A stretch of DNA of 64,000 nt. Origin: Octopus sinensis (Eukaryota). Shown piece after piece: positions 39,840 through 52,558 of this stretch; the first letter of the stretch is position 1; each line of letters begins with the position of its first letter. Location: contig NC_043001.1 of the NCBI RefSeq assembly GCF_006345805.1, positions 115,506,001 through 115,570,000 on the forward strand, given 5' to 3'. The notes under the pieces are model-generated. The model saw only the letters and a list, made by a program, of their open reading frames with translations, was not told the DNA's origin and did not search any database. Made by a program: the position numbers and the translations under genes.

Positions 39840-41060
39840 AATTACTGGACTAGTTCATTAAAGTCAGAAAAAGAGTTATGGCTCTGTTGATAATTGACAG
39901 TTAAACTAGATGAGATGCAGTTCAGTTTTGTTCTGGAAAAAAGAAGTACTGATATCATATTCCTGGTCAGTCAACAAGTGAAGAACCTGTTGACCTAGAG
40001 AAAGCCTTTGACAGAGGTTACTCATTTGGGGATCTAGTAATTATTGATGAAGCTAGGAGTATAAGAATGGCTTATGTGAGCCATACAATCCATATACAGG
40101 TGTATTGTCAGCAATATGAGAAATAGCAATGAGTACAGTGATGACTTTAGTGTGTAGGTAGGATACCATCAGTGCTTAGTCTCTTTCTATTTATCAAAGA
40201 CCTCCAGGGGAGTTTAAGATTAGGTGTCTACAGGAATTCTTATTTGCTCATGTTCTCTTTTTATGGCTGAAGCTGGAGTAAGACTGGGAAAACATTACAG
40301 GTGTGAAAGCAAAGCATGGAATCAAAGGGCCTCATTACCTTGGTAAACATTCAAAACTTAGTAAATCAGAAAACATACAAGACCCTTCGTCCATCTGGAT
40401 AATTACCTTGTTTCATATGTAAAAAGAGGAATGGGTGGAAAGTTGATATAGTGTATCCAGTGCAAACTGTGTATGTGCAAGAGATACAATGGAATTATGG
40501 GTAGGTTGACAAAGTGGACATTGTATGTAGCAGGTGTGCTGGAGCAATAAACATTAAGTGAACATGAGAAATGATGCCTTCAAAAGCCCAGGAAGATTTC
40601 TAGATGTAATAGAGAGCTTTTGTTATCTAGGTGATCAAAACAGTATTGGTGGAAGTTGTTCTCAAAGTGTAGTAGCCAATGTAAAATCTGAGTAGAGAAA
40701 GTCCATGGATTTATTACTTCTGTCATAAGCATAAAGTTTTTCTCTCAGTGTGAAAAGCTGACCTTATGATGCTTTTTTCAACTTGAAATGCTCCATGATC
40801 GTGAGACATGAGCCTTGAATGTGGAGGACCTGAAAAGACTAGAAATAGATAAAGCATTCATGCTCCACTGGATATGCAATGTTAGTGTGCAAAACTGATG
40901 GAATACAAATGTGTTGAGGGAACAACTGGCCAAGAATTAAATGTAGTATACATTAGTTTGGGTATGTGATATGTATGGATGAAGACAGTTGTATAGAAAA
41001 GTAATGATCACTCACAGTAGATGAAACCTGTGTGAGAGAAAGACATGGGATGAGGATCAG
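39840..41060 (+). mobile_element. Heavily degenerate RTE-type LINE
   Basis: gacctagagaaagcctttgacag (DLEKAFD), ttttgttatctaggtga (FCYLG) and C-terminal remnants. Confidence 0.7.
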
Positions 41061-43244
41061 GATGCTGGCACTCATGGAAGAGATGACAAACCAAGTTGAT
41101 TAGTGATATGCAGTACTCAACATGATTTACCTTCCTATGATTGCACATCATGGCTAAGGCTCTCAAAGCGTAATATATATATATGTACACTATGCACCTG
41201 AGTCTCCCCCATCTATCCAGACAACTGAGTTCCCCCTCTAAGTCACTTCCATTCTCCTCATTCTAACAATTGACAATCCCTACCTCACCCTTGTTAATAT
41301 CCATCTTAAACTCTCATCTTCATTTGTAACTTCTGGATCGCTGCCACTCCTATTGATACTCATTCCTCATTTTTGTCATCCATGACTACATTCCTTTCCT
41401 TGTTGGTTTCCAATTTTCACATTCACTTCACTCACAACCTCAACTCCACTTCTATCATCCTGTCCTCACATCTCACTCGCAATCTCTAATTCTACATCCA
41501 GTATCCTATCCCCTCAGTCTCCTCCACTTGCAACCTGAGTTCTATCCCTCATCACTCTATCACACATCCCTCTATCATTTCCCAATATACTACATTTTTC
41601 TGCTCTTGTAAGAAACTGATATAGAACCTGCTTCTATGCACCATACCATTGCCATCTCTGTACTGCTGATCACCACTCTTCTCCTCCATACTATTCTCAG
41701 TCAGTCTTCATTCCTCATTCTCAATTGCACCCCACTCATACTGGTTCCCTCCGCCCTTCTTCACCCTTCTCTACATTTACCTTCTATATACTACTCACCT
41801 CATTCACCTCATCTTTATATCCACCTCACTCTCCTTTCACACTCTTACAGCCTTATCTGCAAACCTTCATTATTCTCCTCTATCCTTCTCTCTTCCATTT
41901 ATCTCTTGGACATGTTACCATGCATGTATGTTCTGTTACCTTGTCATCACCATATTTACCTCTTGAGTCCCATTCCAGTCCTTCCCACCCATTGATGCAA
42001 AATAAATAGTTGCCACACATCTTTCTGCCACCCTCCACAGTGATACTTTAACATCTCAACTCCTTGCTTAAAGCATCCACCCTATCTCTTATCTTCCCCA
42101 TTAGTTGAATAGCTCTTCAGTCTTGCAAGTTACAAAGGAACTTCATTAGAGTTGATGCTATGAAAATAGCACCAAGTCAACTCTGTAAAGTGGTTGGCAT
42201 TAGGAAAGGTATACAGAAAGCATGCTAAAACTGACTTTTAAGCAAGATGTGGTTCTCTGGCCTGCAGGACCTTGTTAAAATGTATTGTCCATGCTAGCAT
42301 GGAAAGCAGACACAAGATGATAGTGGCAGTGGCAGCAATGATGATTATCATCCTCTCTATGATGATAGTGCATGTCTGTTTTGAGGAAGATATATACATA
42401 TTAAGAACCCATATGTCAGAAAAAAATAAGCTCACTTATATTTGTTAATAGAGCAGGTATAATAGTCAAAATGTACAGTATTATAGATCCATTACAGCTA
42501 ATCTTACCACTTGGTTTTACTCTGGGAATTAAAATGGATATTAGATAACAGCACAGTTAAGAAATACTCTGTGCTCTTGAGATCTGGTAGGTATGGAAAA
42601 AATATCTGTTTTGAGGAAGGTAAAAAAGAAATTAATAATGTAATGCAATTTATGAAGTTTTGCAAAATGTAGGTAAAACATTATGAAAAGTCTGCACCAA
42701 CAAATTTTCATAAATTCCTTTTTTAAAAACACCTATATTGTGGTATTTTAGTTTGACATTAAACTTCCCTTATTTTATTACAATTCTATCATTATCAGCA
42801 GTTCCAATTTACAAAAATGTAATATTTCATCATACACATTTTTATTTCATTTTATTTAATGATAGTAGTTGTGGAACTTATGTAGACTTATATTCAATGT
42901 TGCCTTTTATTCTGCATCCTTTTCCTGAAACTTTGTGTCTTGCTAATTAAATTTTGCCAACATCTTCAAAACTTAAATGGTAGTCTGATGAAATTCTTGG
43001 ATACAAGTATTTTTTATATAGATGTGTATTTTCTAATATATTGGTTAGGATTTGAAAATTTGTATTGGACATTTCTTTCAGTGTAAAAGATTGCAATACT
43101 AACAGAATTCATTTAAAATTTTCTCATTTTTATGCATCACTTTATATTCAATGCAACTTGGAATATTAATTGCCAATGTAACAGCAAAAAATAAAATATT
43201 TTATGCAAGTATTTACGTAAATAATCTGATTTCCTTTTATACAG

Positions 43245-43496
43245 ATCCACCTGATATGGTAGAAATCAAGGCTGATGAACCCTTTCTTGAAGGTGACAAA
43301 GGCATTTTGCATTGTAAGGCAAGAAATGGATATCCAGAAAAGTACAGCTACAGGTGGGATCCAAGTAAGAAGACCTCACAAAATTTAACATTTCCTCAAC
43401 TCAATCGAACACACAATAATGAGGATTACACTTGTTATGTTTCTAACAAGTGCAGTAAAAGAGAATTACATAAAACACATTGGATCAATGTAGAAT
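43245..43496 (+). CDS. Internal exon D of the Ig-superfamily gene (Ig domain)
   Basis: Acceptor ttccttttatacag at 43244, donor gtaagt at 43497; 252 nt, phase 1-1. Encodes PPDMVEI...ILHCKARNGYPEKYSYRW...NLTF...EDYTCYVSN. The junction with exon C gives TIH-Y-PPD. Confidence 0.9.
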
Positions 43497-43715
43497 GTAA
43501 GTTGAAAGCTTAAAATTCTATTACAAACCTGTAAAATAATTTATTTACATTCATTACAGAAAAGTACTACGATCTATTCATCTTTGTTAATTTTGTTTTT
43601 TACCCCAAAATCTTCACATAGTTGATTTTCTTTGTTTTTCTAAAATAAATTGTTTAATAAAAATACAAATTGTAGGTTGTAAAATTAATTTCAACCTATC
43701 AACATTTAAACAGCT

Positions 43716-43874
43716 GTACATTATTTACATTTGACGGATATTTGTCCTCATCTTGCATGTCTTGTTAACACAATGTTTTGGCTGATATACCCTCATTTCG
43801 CCTGGAATTGAACTCGGAATCTTGGGGTTAGTAGCCTGCGCACGCTCTTAACCACTATGCCATAAGCCCGTGGG
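43716..43874 (-). mobile_element. Second, internally deleted copy of the tRNA-head/hammerhead element
   Basis: Minus strand: TGGCATAGTGG (A box) and GAGTTCAATTCC (B box) joined to GAGGGTATATCAGCC-AAAACATTGTGTT; homologous to 1310-1550. Confidence 0.65.
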
Positions 43875-44665
43875 CAGTTATGGAGTGAATTTTTGGGCTT
43901 ATAAATCTAATATTTTCCTACCCTTCCTTAATACCATTTTGCATATGCTACTTATTGGATTAAGAACAGAACAAGGAGATAAGCCCTGCTTTCCCAGGAA
44001 TTACTGGGTACATCAGCTAATATATATATAGATAGATAAAACATAATAGCTTCCCCTGAACCATTTAGTTTCATTTTGGTTGACAAACAAATGAATTAAC
44101 TCTCTCTTATATATATAAATAAATTTTGCATTTTAAATGCCTTTGGTGAAAATTTTCAGGGTGCATAAAAGGACAATATGTGAACTACATAGCGATTTAC
44201 TGGAATATTCAAATATACACAGAAAATATATCTATGTTTACTATGTATATGTGTGTGTGCACGCATGCATTAAAAATATTCATTTATTTTAAAATTCAAT
44301 ATTACTAATAATAATAATCATGAATAATGATTTATACTTTGTAAGAGGAACATTATTTACTGAATAAAATGAAATAAAATTAAAGTGAAAGAGAAATAAA
44401 GTTTATGTTCATGTTTGTATATGTGTGTGTGCATGTCTATGCTCATATTTATATATACGCATGCACACACATGCACAGACGCACATACACAGGTACAGAT
44501 ATACATACACACAATAATTATGGATGCCAATGGTTTATATATCAACTTACATGTGTATATATGTTACTTTCTAAGTTTTTTATTAATGTACATAAATACA
44601 TAAGAGCAGCAATAAAAGTTCATTCACACATTATTTGATATTAATATTTATATTGAAGTTTAATA

Positions 44666-44973
44666 GGTAGGAGCACTCTGTCGGTTGCGACGATGAGGGT
44701 CCCAGCTGATACGATCAACGGAACAGCTTCCTCATGATATTAACGTGCAAGTGGCTGAGCACCCCACAGACACATGTACCCTTAACGTAGTTCTCGAGGA
44801 GATTCAGCGTGACACAGCGTGTGACAAGGCTGGCCCTTTGAAATACAGGTACAAGAGAAACAGGAAGAAAGAGTGAGGGTAAGTTGTGGTGAAAGAGTAC
44901 AGCAGGGTTCACCACCACCCGCTGCCGGAGCATCGTGGAGCTTTAGGTGTTTTCGCTCAATAAACACTCACAA
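44666..44973 (-). mobile_element. 5'-truncated SINE (3' half), part of a chimeric insertion
   Basis: Shares its 3' half with the complete SINE at 52240-52558 (acctgtatt..aaagggccagcc...gagtgctcc); the tRNA head is missing. Confidence 0.85.
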
Positions 44974-45226
44974 TGGGCTAAAAGACATGGACGACATCCA
45001 GAAACTTCATGAGAAAGTATTGACTGTCTTGAAACTTGAAGTCGGCAAGAATCACAAGGAGGAGGAGACAACTCTTGTGAAACTCCTTGGTCATGTAGAG
45101 GAGCTGCGCAACCTAGGAGGATGGCACATCGATGTGCTCAACATGTTCAAACGATCTGCTCCGGACATAGAGTTCCCTGCCCTTCACAAAGAACTTTTCT
45201 CAGTAGAAGGCATCGAAGGATCATGA
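44974..45226 (+). pseudogene. HR3: Captured fragment of an HR3/ROR (NR1F) nuclear receptor ligand-binding-domain C-terminus
   Basis: GLKDMDDIQKLHEKVL...KNH...LVKLLGHVEELRNL...H...FKRSAPDIEFPALHKELFSVE; FPALHKELFS is the HR3-type helix-12 region as I recall it. No splice acceptor upstream; lies inside a TSD. Confidence 0.75.
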
Positions 45227-45704
45227 AGTTTAATAATAATGATAATAATCAACTAAATTATGTAAAAGTAAAAGTACATGATTAAAATATATAATATAAT
45301 AAAATAAAATAAATAAGGTAGCAGAAATAATGAATATAGAATAAATAGGATAAGAATAAAAAATAGAAATAAAGGGGAAGTAAAATTTATTTATGCGTGA
45401 ATGCATGTCCGTGTATATGCATACATGGATTATATTATGTGTATGTGGATATCTATATATGGATAACATTGTTGGTATTTATAAAACATAATAAATAAAA
45501 TAAAATAAGGTAAATAAGTAAGCAGAAATAAGGAATAAAGAATAAATGAAAATATAAAGGTGAAATAAATTTGCTTATGTGTTTATACACGTGAATACAT
45601 GTATGGGTGTATCTTGTTTATATATTAGTATCTCTATATGTACTTGCATATACAGATGTAGAGATGTTTATTTCTAGTTATTTCATTAGTTCATTAGTTT
45701 ATAT

Positions 45705-46550
45705 TTCCACACCCTAGCGGTTGAGGGAACCTGTGGAAGCGGTAGACCCAGGAAGCACGACCTTCGAACTTTAGGCCTCACCAAGGAAATACACGAGATA
45801 TAGTATTCAAATTTAGGATGTTTTTGAAAGACACTATACTTTATAATGAGATTAAATATACTTACTGTGTAAAAACAAATTCAAGCGAGGTTGTTGCCAG
45901 TACCGAGACCTTTGGAAATATGCTGTGCGTGAGAAGACCCGGCAAGCCAAATGAGACCATAACCTGGTCTGCCTGTGCCAGGGGTGTAACCAGCCCACTT
46001 GTGCATACCTTTCCCTTCTCTGAACACTAATCTCTGCTTGCGAAGACCTGTTGAGGCAATTGAAATTGAAACCGAAATCAAAATCAAAGTGAAATTCGAT
46101 GACGGGCACGAGCACCATACGAGCGTGATTGTTGCCAGCTTCGCCTTACTGGCACTTATGTCCTGTGCTAGTAGGGTGCTAAGAGCACCATCTGAGCATG
46201 ATCGTTGCCAGAGTGGCTAACTGGCTTGTAGGAGGGATGTAGGAGGCACCATTCGAGCGGGATCGTTACCAGCATCGCCTTACTGGCACCTGTGCCGTTA
46301 GCATGTGTAAAAACAAATTCGAGTGAGGTCGTTGCCAGTACCGCCTGACTGGCCCGATGCTAGTGGCACGTAAAAGCACCCACTACACTCTCGGAGTGGT
46401 TGGTGTTAGGAAGGGCATCCAGCTGTAGAAACTCTGCTAGATCAAGACTGGAGCTTGGTGCAGCCATCTGGTTCACCAGCCGACAGTCAAACTGTCCAAC
46501 CCATGCTAGCATGGAAAGCAGACGTTACACAACAATGATGATGATGATGA
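45705..46550 (+). mobile_element. RTE 3' fragment (C-terminus, 3' UTR, GAT tail) with a templated insertion
   Basis: VEGTCGSGRPRK..HDLRTLGLTKE, LWKYAVREKTRQAK*, and a (GAT)n tail at about 46536-46551. Confidence 0.8.
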
Positions 46551-47519
46551 TGTATGGATAATATTGTTGGTATTTATCTGTATATATAAAAGGCAGGATG
46601 TGTGTACGTGAACGTAATTTATGCATGTCCACAAATTAGCACACATGTCGCTCCAATTTTAGGAGGACATTTGTCACGATCCTAACTGTATTTTTGTCAA
46701 ATTATTTTTCCCGAAGCACCAGCGGGTAGTAGTAAAAACCGATTTTCAACCTTAACTTTTACCAATTTTGAAGTTTGCTAACATGAGTTAAGTCCCTTCT
46801 TGCCATAAGGAAGTGAAAATGTGTGTGTGTGTGTGAGGGAGAGAGAAGTTGTGTGTGAGGGAGACAGATGTTGTGTGTTGTTGTGTGTGTGTGTGTGTGA
46901 GGGAGAGATAAAGTAAGTGACAGTGTTCACCAAAAATAAAAATGTAAAATGTTTTTTTTTCTTATACACGAGATATAGTATTCAAATTTAGGATGTTTTT
47001 GAAAGACACTATACTTTATAATCAGATTATATATACTTTCTCACACAACAATGAAAATATATTTATTTTAAATCCTGAAACACATGTCCCTAGATGCAGC
47101 CCGGGCGGCTGGGAGTATTTGTCTCCCCTTCGTAAATGTATATAAGGACACAGGAAAAATGTGTCAAAGCCATCAGGAGGCGTCGATGCTTCTTAGGGCT
47201 AAACAGCGGTGGTGTACCCCCCTACTGTCACGTTCGTGTTAGATTGACAGTATACAACCATTCTATCGCCCCACCACCGTACATGTCTCTACGAGAGATT
47301 TAGAAATTTAGTATTCCTATTTTAAATCATTTATTTATTTTAAATCGTTCATCTTTCTCCCTGCCCCCTCTCTCTCACACACAAACACATTACTTTGGAC
47401 AAGAAAGAGTTTGTTTTTATTTTACATTGAGGAAGAATGTGTTTTGTTGAGAATCTATGTATTTAACAACATAGAAACATTAAGTTTCTGAAAAGACTTA
47501 CATTTAATGTTTCTGCAAA

Positions 47520-49763
47520 GAAAGAGGCTTGGAGAAGCCATTATGAAAGACTGCTGAATGTAGAGAATGAATGGGAGGAGAAGAGCCTGCCAAATGTTAA
47601 TCCAGTTGAAGGACCAGCTATCCCAATAGAGAGCTCCCTAGTAGATAAAGCAATTAAGGGTATAAAGCCAGGAAAATCCCCCGGCCTATCAGGAATCACC
47701 ACTGAGATGCTTAAAACACCTGGTGGAGTGGGATATGGCCTAGTCACATGCATTGTAAACCAGGTAGTTCATAATGGAGTCATACCCAATGACTGGCGTA
47801 GCAGCACCATAGTCAACTGCTACAAGGGTAAAGGTGATGCTCTAGATAGAAATAACTACAGACGTATCAAACTGCTGGATCAGGTGATGACTGTCACTGA
47901 GAGGGTCATAGCCCATCTCATTAGGGAGAGAGTCTGCTTAGATGAGATGCAGTTCGGTTTTGTTCTGGGTAGAAGCACCACTGATGCCATATTCCTGGTT
48001 TGACAACTGCAGGATAAATACCTAGCTAAAGATAAACCCCTGTACTTAGCTTTTGTGGACTTGGAGAAAGCCTTTGACAGGGTTCCTCGATCCCTTATCT
48101 GGTGGGCAATGTGGAAATTGGAGATTGACGAATGGTTAATAAGGGCTGTACAGGCCCTATACCAAGAGGCCGTTAGTAAGGTTAGGATTAGCAACGAGTA
48201 TCATAAAGAATTCCGGGTAGAAGTAGGGATCCACCAAGGTTCAGCCCTCAGTCCCTTTTATTCATCATAGTCCTCTAAGCAATAACAGAGGAATTCAAGA
48301 CAGGTTGCCCCTGGGAGCTCCTCTATGCTGATGACCTGGCCCTCATAGCAGAATCACTACCGGAACTAGAAAAGAAATTTCGGCTGTGGAAGCAAGGTTT
48401 AGAATCAAAAGGCCTTAGAGTCAATGTAGCAAAGACCAAAGTTCTAGTAAGTAGGAAGGCGAACTCATCACCCCCCCCGCCTCAATCTGTAGAAAAGGCG
48501 TAGGTAGAAACTCCATAAGATGTACCCAGTGTAAGCTATGGATGCATAAGAGGTGCTGCAACATCAGAGGAAAATTAACCGAGAAGATAGCTTTTGTGTG
48601 CAGCAGATGCACAGGGGCAATAGACACCACAGATACTCAGAAAACAGATTCCATCACACTCCGGGGAGAGAAACTAGAAGTAGTTGATAGTTTCCACTAC
48701 CTAGGTGACCGAGTTAGTAGTGGAGGTGGATTCTCATAGAGTGTCACCACTAGAATACAAATAGCCTGGGCAAAGTTCAGAAAGCTTCTACCCCTACTAG
48801 TGACAAAGGGTCTCTCGCACAGAGTGAATGGTAGATTGTACGACGCATGTGTGTGAACTACAATGCTTCACGGTAGTGAAACATAGGCTGTGACTGCAGA
48901 GGACATGCATAGGCTTGAAAGAAATGAAGCTAGCATGATCCGCTGGATGTGTAATGTTAGTGTGCACACATGACAGAGTGTAAGCCCTGAGAGAAATACT
49001 GGACATAAGAAGCATTGGATGTGGCGTGCAAAAGAGACATTTGCACTGGTATGGTCATGTACTATGGATGGATGAGGAGAGATGAGTGAAGAAGTGCCAC
49101 TCCCAAACAGTTGAAGGAATCCAGGGTAGAAGTAGACCCAGGAATACATGGGATGAGGTGGTCAAGCATGACCTTTGAACATTGGGCCTCACAGAGACAA
49201 TGATGAAAGACCGAGATCTCTGGAGATATGCTGTGACTGCGAAGACCTGACAGATAACGTGAGTTCATGGCTGTTTCCTGCACCAGCTTCACATAGCAGC
49301 CCCAACCCATCCAAAGTACCTTCGACTGCAGGACGGCCTGCTGTGCTTACCTTGGATTGTAGGGTGACCTGCTGTGCTTAAGGAGACCTACTGAGTCAAA
49401 TACATCAACATCAAAATAAAAATCAAATGGAAATTGTAGTTGTGATACCTCTGCTGGTGTCACGTAAAAAGCACCATCCGAACGTGGCCGATGCCAGCGC
49501 CGTCTTGACTGGCTTCCTTGCCGGTGGCACATAAAAAGCACCAGCCGATCGTGGCCATTGCCAGCCTCACCTGGTCTCTGTGCCGGTGGCACATAAAAAG
49601 GACCCACTACACTCACGGAGTTGTTGGCGTTAGGAAGGGCATCTAGCTGTAGAAACACTGCCAGATCAGACTGGAGCCTGGTACAGCCTCCTGGATTCTC
49701 AGACCCCAGTCGAACTGTCCAACCCATGCTAGCATGGAAAACGGACGTTGAACGATGATGATG

Positions 49764-49795
<32 letters not shown>

Positions 49796-49815
49796 GACGG
49801 TGATGATGACGATGA
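47520..49815 (+). mobile_element. RTE-type LINE (RT, PHD-like insert, 3' UTR, (GAT)n tail)
   Basis: NNYRRIKLL, QFGFVLGRSTTDAIF, DLEKAFDRVPR, HQGSALSP, YADDL, FHYLG; tail at 49753-49815. Confidence 0.93.
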
Positions 49816-50418
49816 CGGAAACAAAGCATTAGGTATCAATTTTTCAATGAATTACACAATATAAATGGGTATTTGTAGCATATTAGGAGGCCAGGGTAGT
49901 TGATTCCATGCAAAAAATCCGATTTTTTTTTCTTAGTGAAAATTGTGTGAGCTTTATCTAAAATTTGCCTAGAGTGTTTCATGGTAAATTTGAGAGTAAA
50001 AAAAAAAATGTTTTCCATATTCTTAATCTCTGTGTTTTTCCACGTACATTGAAAAATTGATGGTGAAAAGATCAAAGGGTGTGGGGTGTGAAATTTCAGA
50101 AGCTTCCACCACACCCACCCTGTTTTTGGACCACAAAAAGGGTTTTGTAGCATATTTGGTGGCCATGGTAGTTGATTCCAAGCAAAAAATCCAATTTTTT
50201 TTACTTAGTGAAAATCGTGCAAGTGTTAATCTAAAAATTTAATTTAAAACCTTTTTCCATTCATTTCTGTTTATGAAATTCTCTGTATGTAATTTTGCTT
50301 CCTTGGTGGTCAAGGCAAATGATGACTGGCAAAGCAACAGTGCCCTAATGCTGACATTGGATACAATGGCCTGATCTACAATAATGCGCTGATTGAAATC
50401 AAGGATGCCCTGCTCAGA

Positions 50419-51634
50419 ATGGGTGGGGCAGCGTTAAACACATTCGGTTTGCCATCCTCATTGCGACAGGGTGTTAACACACTCCCACCAAAGTTACATC
50501 TGGACTTGTCATATGACGCTGATGGCCTTGCAGAGTACCTGAGAGTAAATGAACCGAAATTGCTGCCTGATCAGAGGCTAGTGTACGAAACTGTCGTCAG
50601 TGCCATTAAAAAACAGGTGGGTGGCATTTTTTTCCTCAATGCTACTAGAGGTACCAGCAAATCCTTTGTAACACAATTAATACTTGATAATATTCATTGC
50701 AAGAAACAAATTGCACTAGCAGTTGCTTCCTTGGGAATCGCTGCTACGTTATTGCCAGGAGGTAGGACGGTGCACTCAGCATTCAGGCTGCCTTTACATT
50801 TGGTGAGGGCTGAGGTTCCTACTTGCAAGATTGGCAAAATTTCAGAGGAAAATGAAGTTCTTAGTGCCATCTCATTGTATGGGACGAATGCACAATGACC
50901 AGTAAGGTTGCCCTTGAGGCACTGGACCGGTCACTGAAAGGTATTAGGGATTCTACAGCTTCTATGAGTGGTGTAACTCTATTGCTTTCAGGAGATTTCT
51001 GGCAAACACTTCCTGTCATCCCTAAAGGGAGCCAGGCTGATGAAGCGCGTGCATGCCTTAAGTCATCGACGTTGTGGCTCCAGGTTAAGACCTTAAGTCT
51101 AAGCGCAAACATGTGTGCACACTTGCTTGGTGATAGCACATCTGCAGCATTTGCTGAAGTCATTTTAACCCTTGGAGAAGGCAAGGTCCCTAGGAATTAT
51201 AGGGGTGACATATCCATCTCTGAACTGTGCAACACTGTGGACAACCCTTCCAATCTTTCGGAAACAGTGTTCCCCAATCTGGAGGGGAACACTCCAACAT
51301 GGCTTCCACTCACATTCTTAGGCTAAGGGTTGGATACCCAATTATGCTAATTAGAAACTTGCTTCCGCCTAAACAGTGCAATGGGACCTGCTTAGTAATC
51401 AAGTCTCTGACGCCCCACTTGACTGAGGCCACCATTGTTACAGGGTGCGGGAGGGGTGAAAATATTTCCATTTCAAGGATGCAGCTTTATCCCTCAGGGT
51501 CAGACATGCCATTTAACCTCCACAGATCACAGTTCCCAGTGAGATCATGCTTCACCATGTCCATCAACAAATCCCAAGGCCAAACACTATTGGTGGCAGG
51601 CATCCATTTGAGGTTTTCCATTCAATCAGGATAA
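50419..51634 (+). pseudogene. Helitron PIF1-like helicase fragment (frameshifted)
   Basis: FFLNATRGTSKSF (degenerate Walker A), GIAATLLPGGRTVHSAF, LLSGDFWQTLPV, IMLIRNL..CNGT, QFPVRSCFTMSINKSQGQT. Confidence 0.92.
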
Positions 51635-52239
51635 AAATTGATGAACCAATTCCTTATAGGATTTCCTACTAATATTGGCTACACCCCATTTTCAACCATA
51701 ACTTTCACATATTTTGACATATTTTCCCCAAACTTGATGCCAGCATTACTTAGGACCCATGGAATCTTTGAATGCTGTAAGTTCTCAAATAAAAAAAATA
51801 AACAATTGCTGAATGGAAATAATTGATAAACCAATTCCTTATGGGATTTCATAATCAAATTGCCTGCAACCCATTTTCAGCCAAAAGTATACCAATTTCA
51901 ATGGATTTCACTCAAATTTGATGTCGGTGTCACTTATTTTGGTTTGAAATAAAGCGTTTGATCACTTTATAATCCTAACTTAATTCCGAGCAACACCGGG
52001 CTATACTGCAAGTAAAATATATAATGAAATAACATAAAGAAGTAAGCAGAAATAATGAATGAATTAATTAATTATAAATAAAAATAACCACATAAGCAAA
52101 TTTATTTCACCTTTATATTTTTATTTATTCTTTACTCCTTATTTCTGCTTACTTATTTCATTTTATTTATTATGTTGTATAAATACCAACAATATTATCC
52201 ATGTATACATATACACATAATATAATCCATCTATGCATA

Positions 52240-52558
52240 GTAAAGGCACATGGCTTAGTGGTTAGGGCATTCAGCTCATGATCAAAAGATCATAAGTTCA
52301 ATTCCTGGTGACGCATTTTGTCCTTGAGCAAGACACTTTATTTCACATTGCTCCAGTTCACTCAGCTGGCAAAAATAAGTAGCACCTGTATTTTAAAGGG
52401 CCAGCCACGTCATGCTGAATCTCCCTGAGAACTACGTTAAGGGTACACATGTCTGTGGAGTGCTCAGCCACTTGCACATTAATTTCATGAGCAAGCTGTC
52501 CTGTCGATCATATCAGCTAGGACCTTTGTCATCATAACCAATGGAGTGCTCCTCAATG
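52240..52558 (+). mobile_element. Complete tRNA-derived SINE
   Basis: A box TGGCTTAGTGG, B box AAGTTCAATTCC. 17-bp TSD with one mismatch: taatccatctatgcata (52223-52239) and taatccatgtatgcata (52559-52575). Confidence 0.9.

Larger units (their letters stand above)
46577..52012 (+). mobile_element. Helitron (degenerate), hosting a nested RTE
   Basis: 5' A|TC at 46576/46577. 3' hairpin-like ccgagcaacaccggg followed by CAAG|T (CTAG variant) at 52012/52013. Contains PIF1 helicase remnants. A related empty site is at 45459-45530. Confidence 0.7.

Noticed and set aside
41200-42100. Leu/Ser/Pro-rich ORFs in CT-rich tracts (also 30360-30725)
   Set aside because: Composition artefacts of pyrimidine-rich low-complexity DNA.
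44873-45226. 117-aa ORF as a genuine HR3 gene or terminal exon
   Set aside because: The first 33 codons are antisense SINE, no acceptor AG precedes the NR part, and the unit is inside a TSD with an empty paralogous site. Treated as a captured fragment.
47096-47125. CAGCC-CGGGC-GGCTG hairpin as the 3' end of a short Helitron
   Set aside because: No CTRR follows. Flank homology to the empty site supports the end at 52012 instead, though an abandoned terminator cannot be excluded.
49347-49829. 160-aa ORF with poly-His
   Set aside because: Antisense reading of the RTE (GAT)n tail and 3' UTR.
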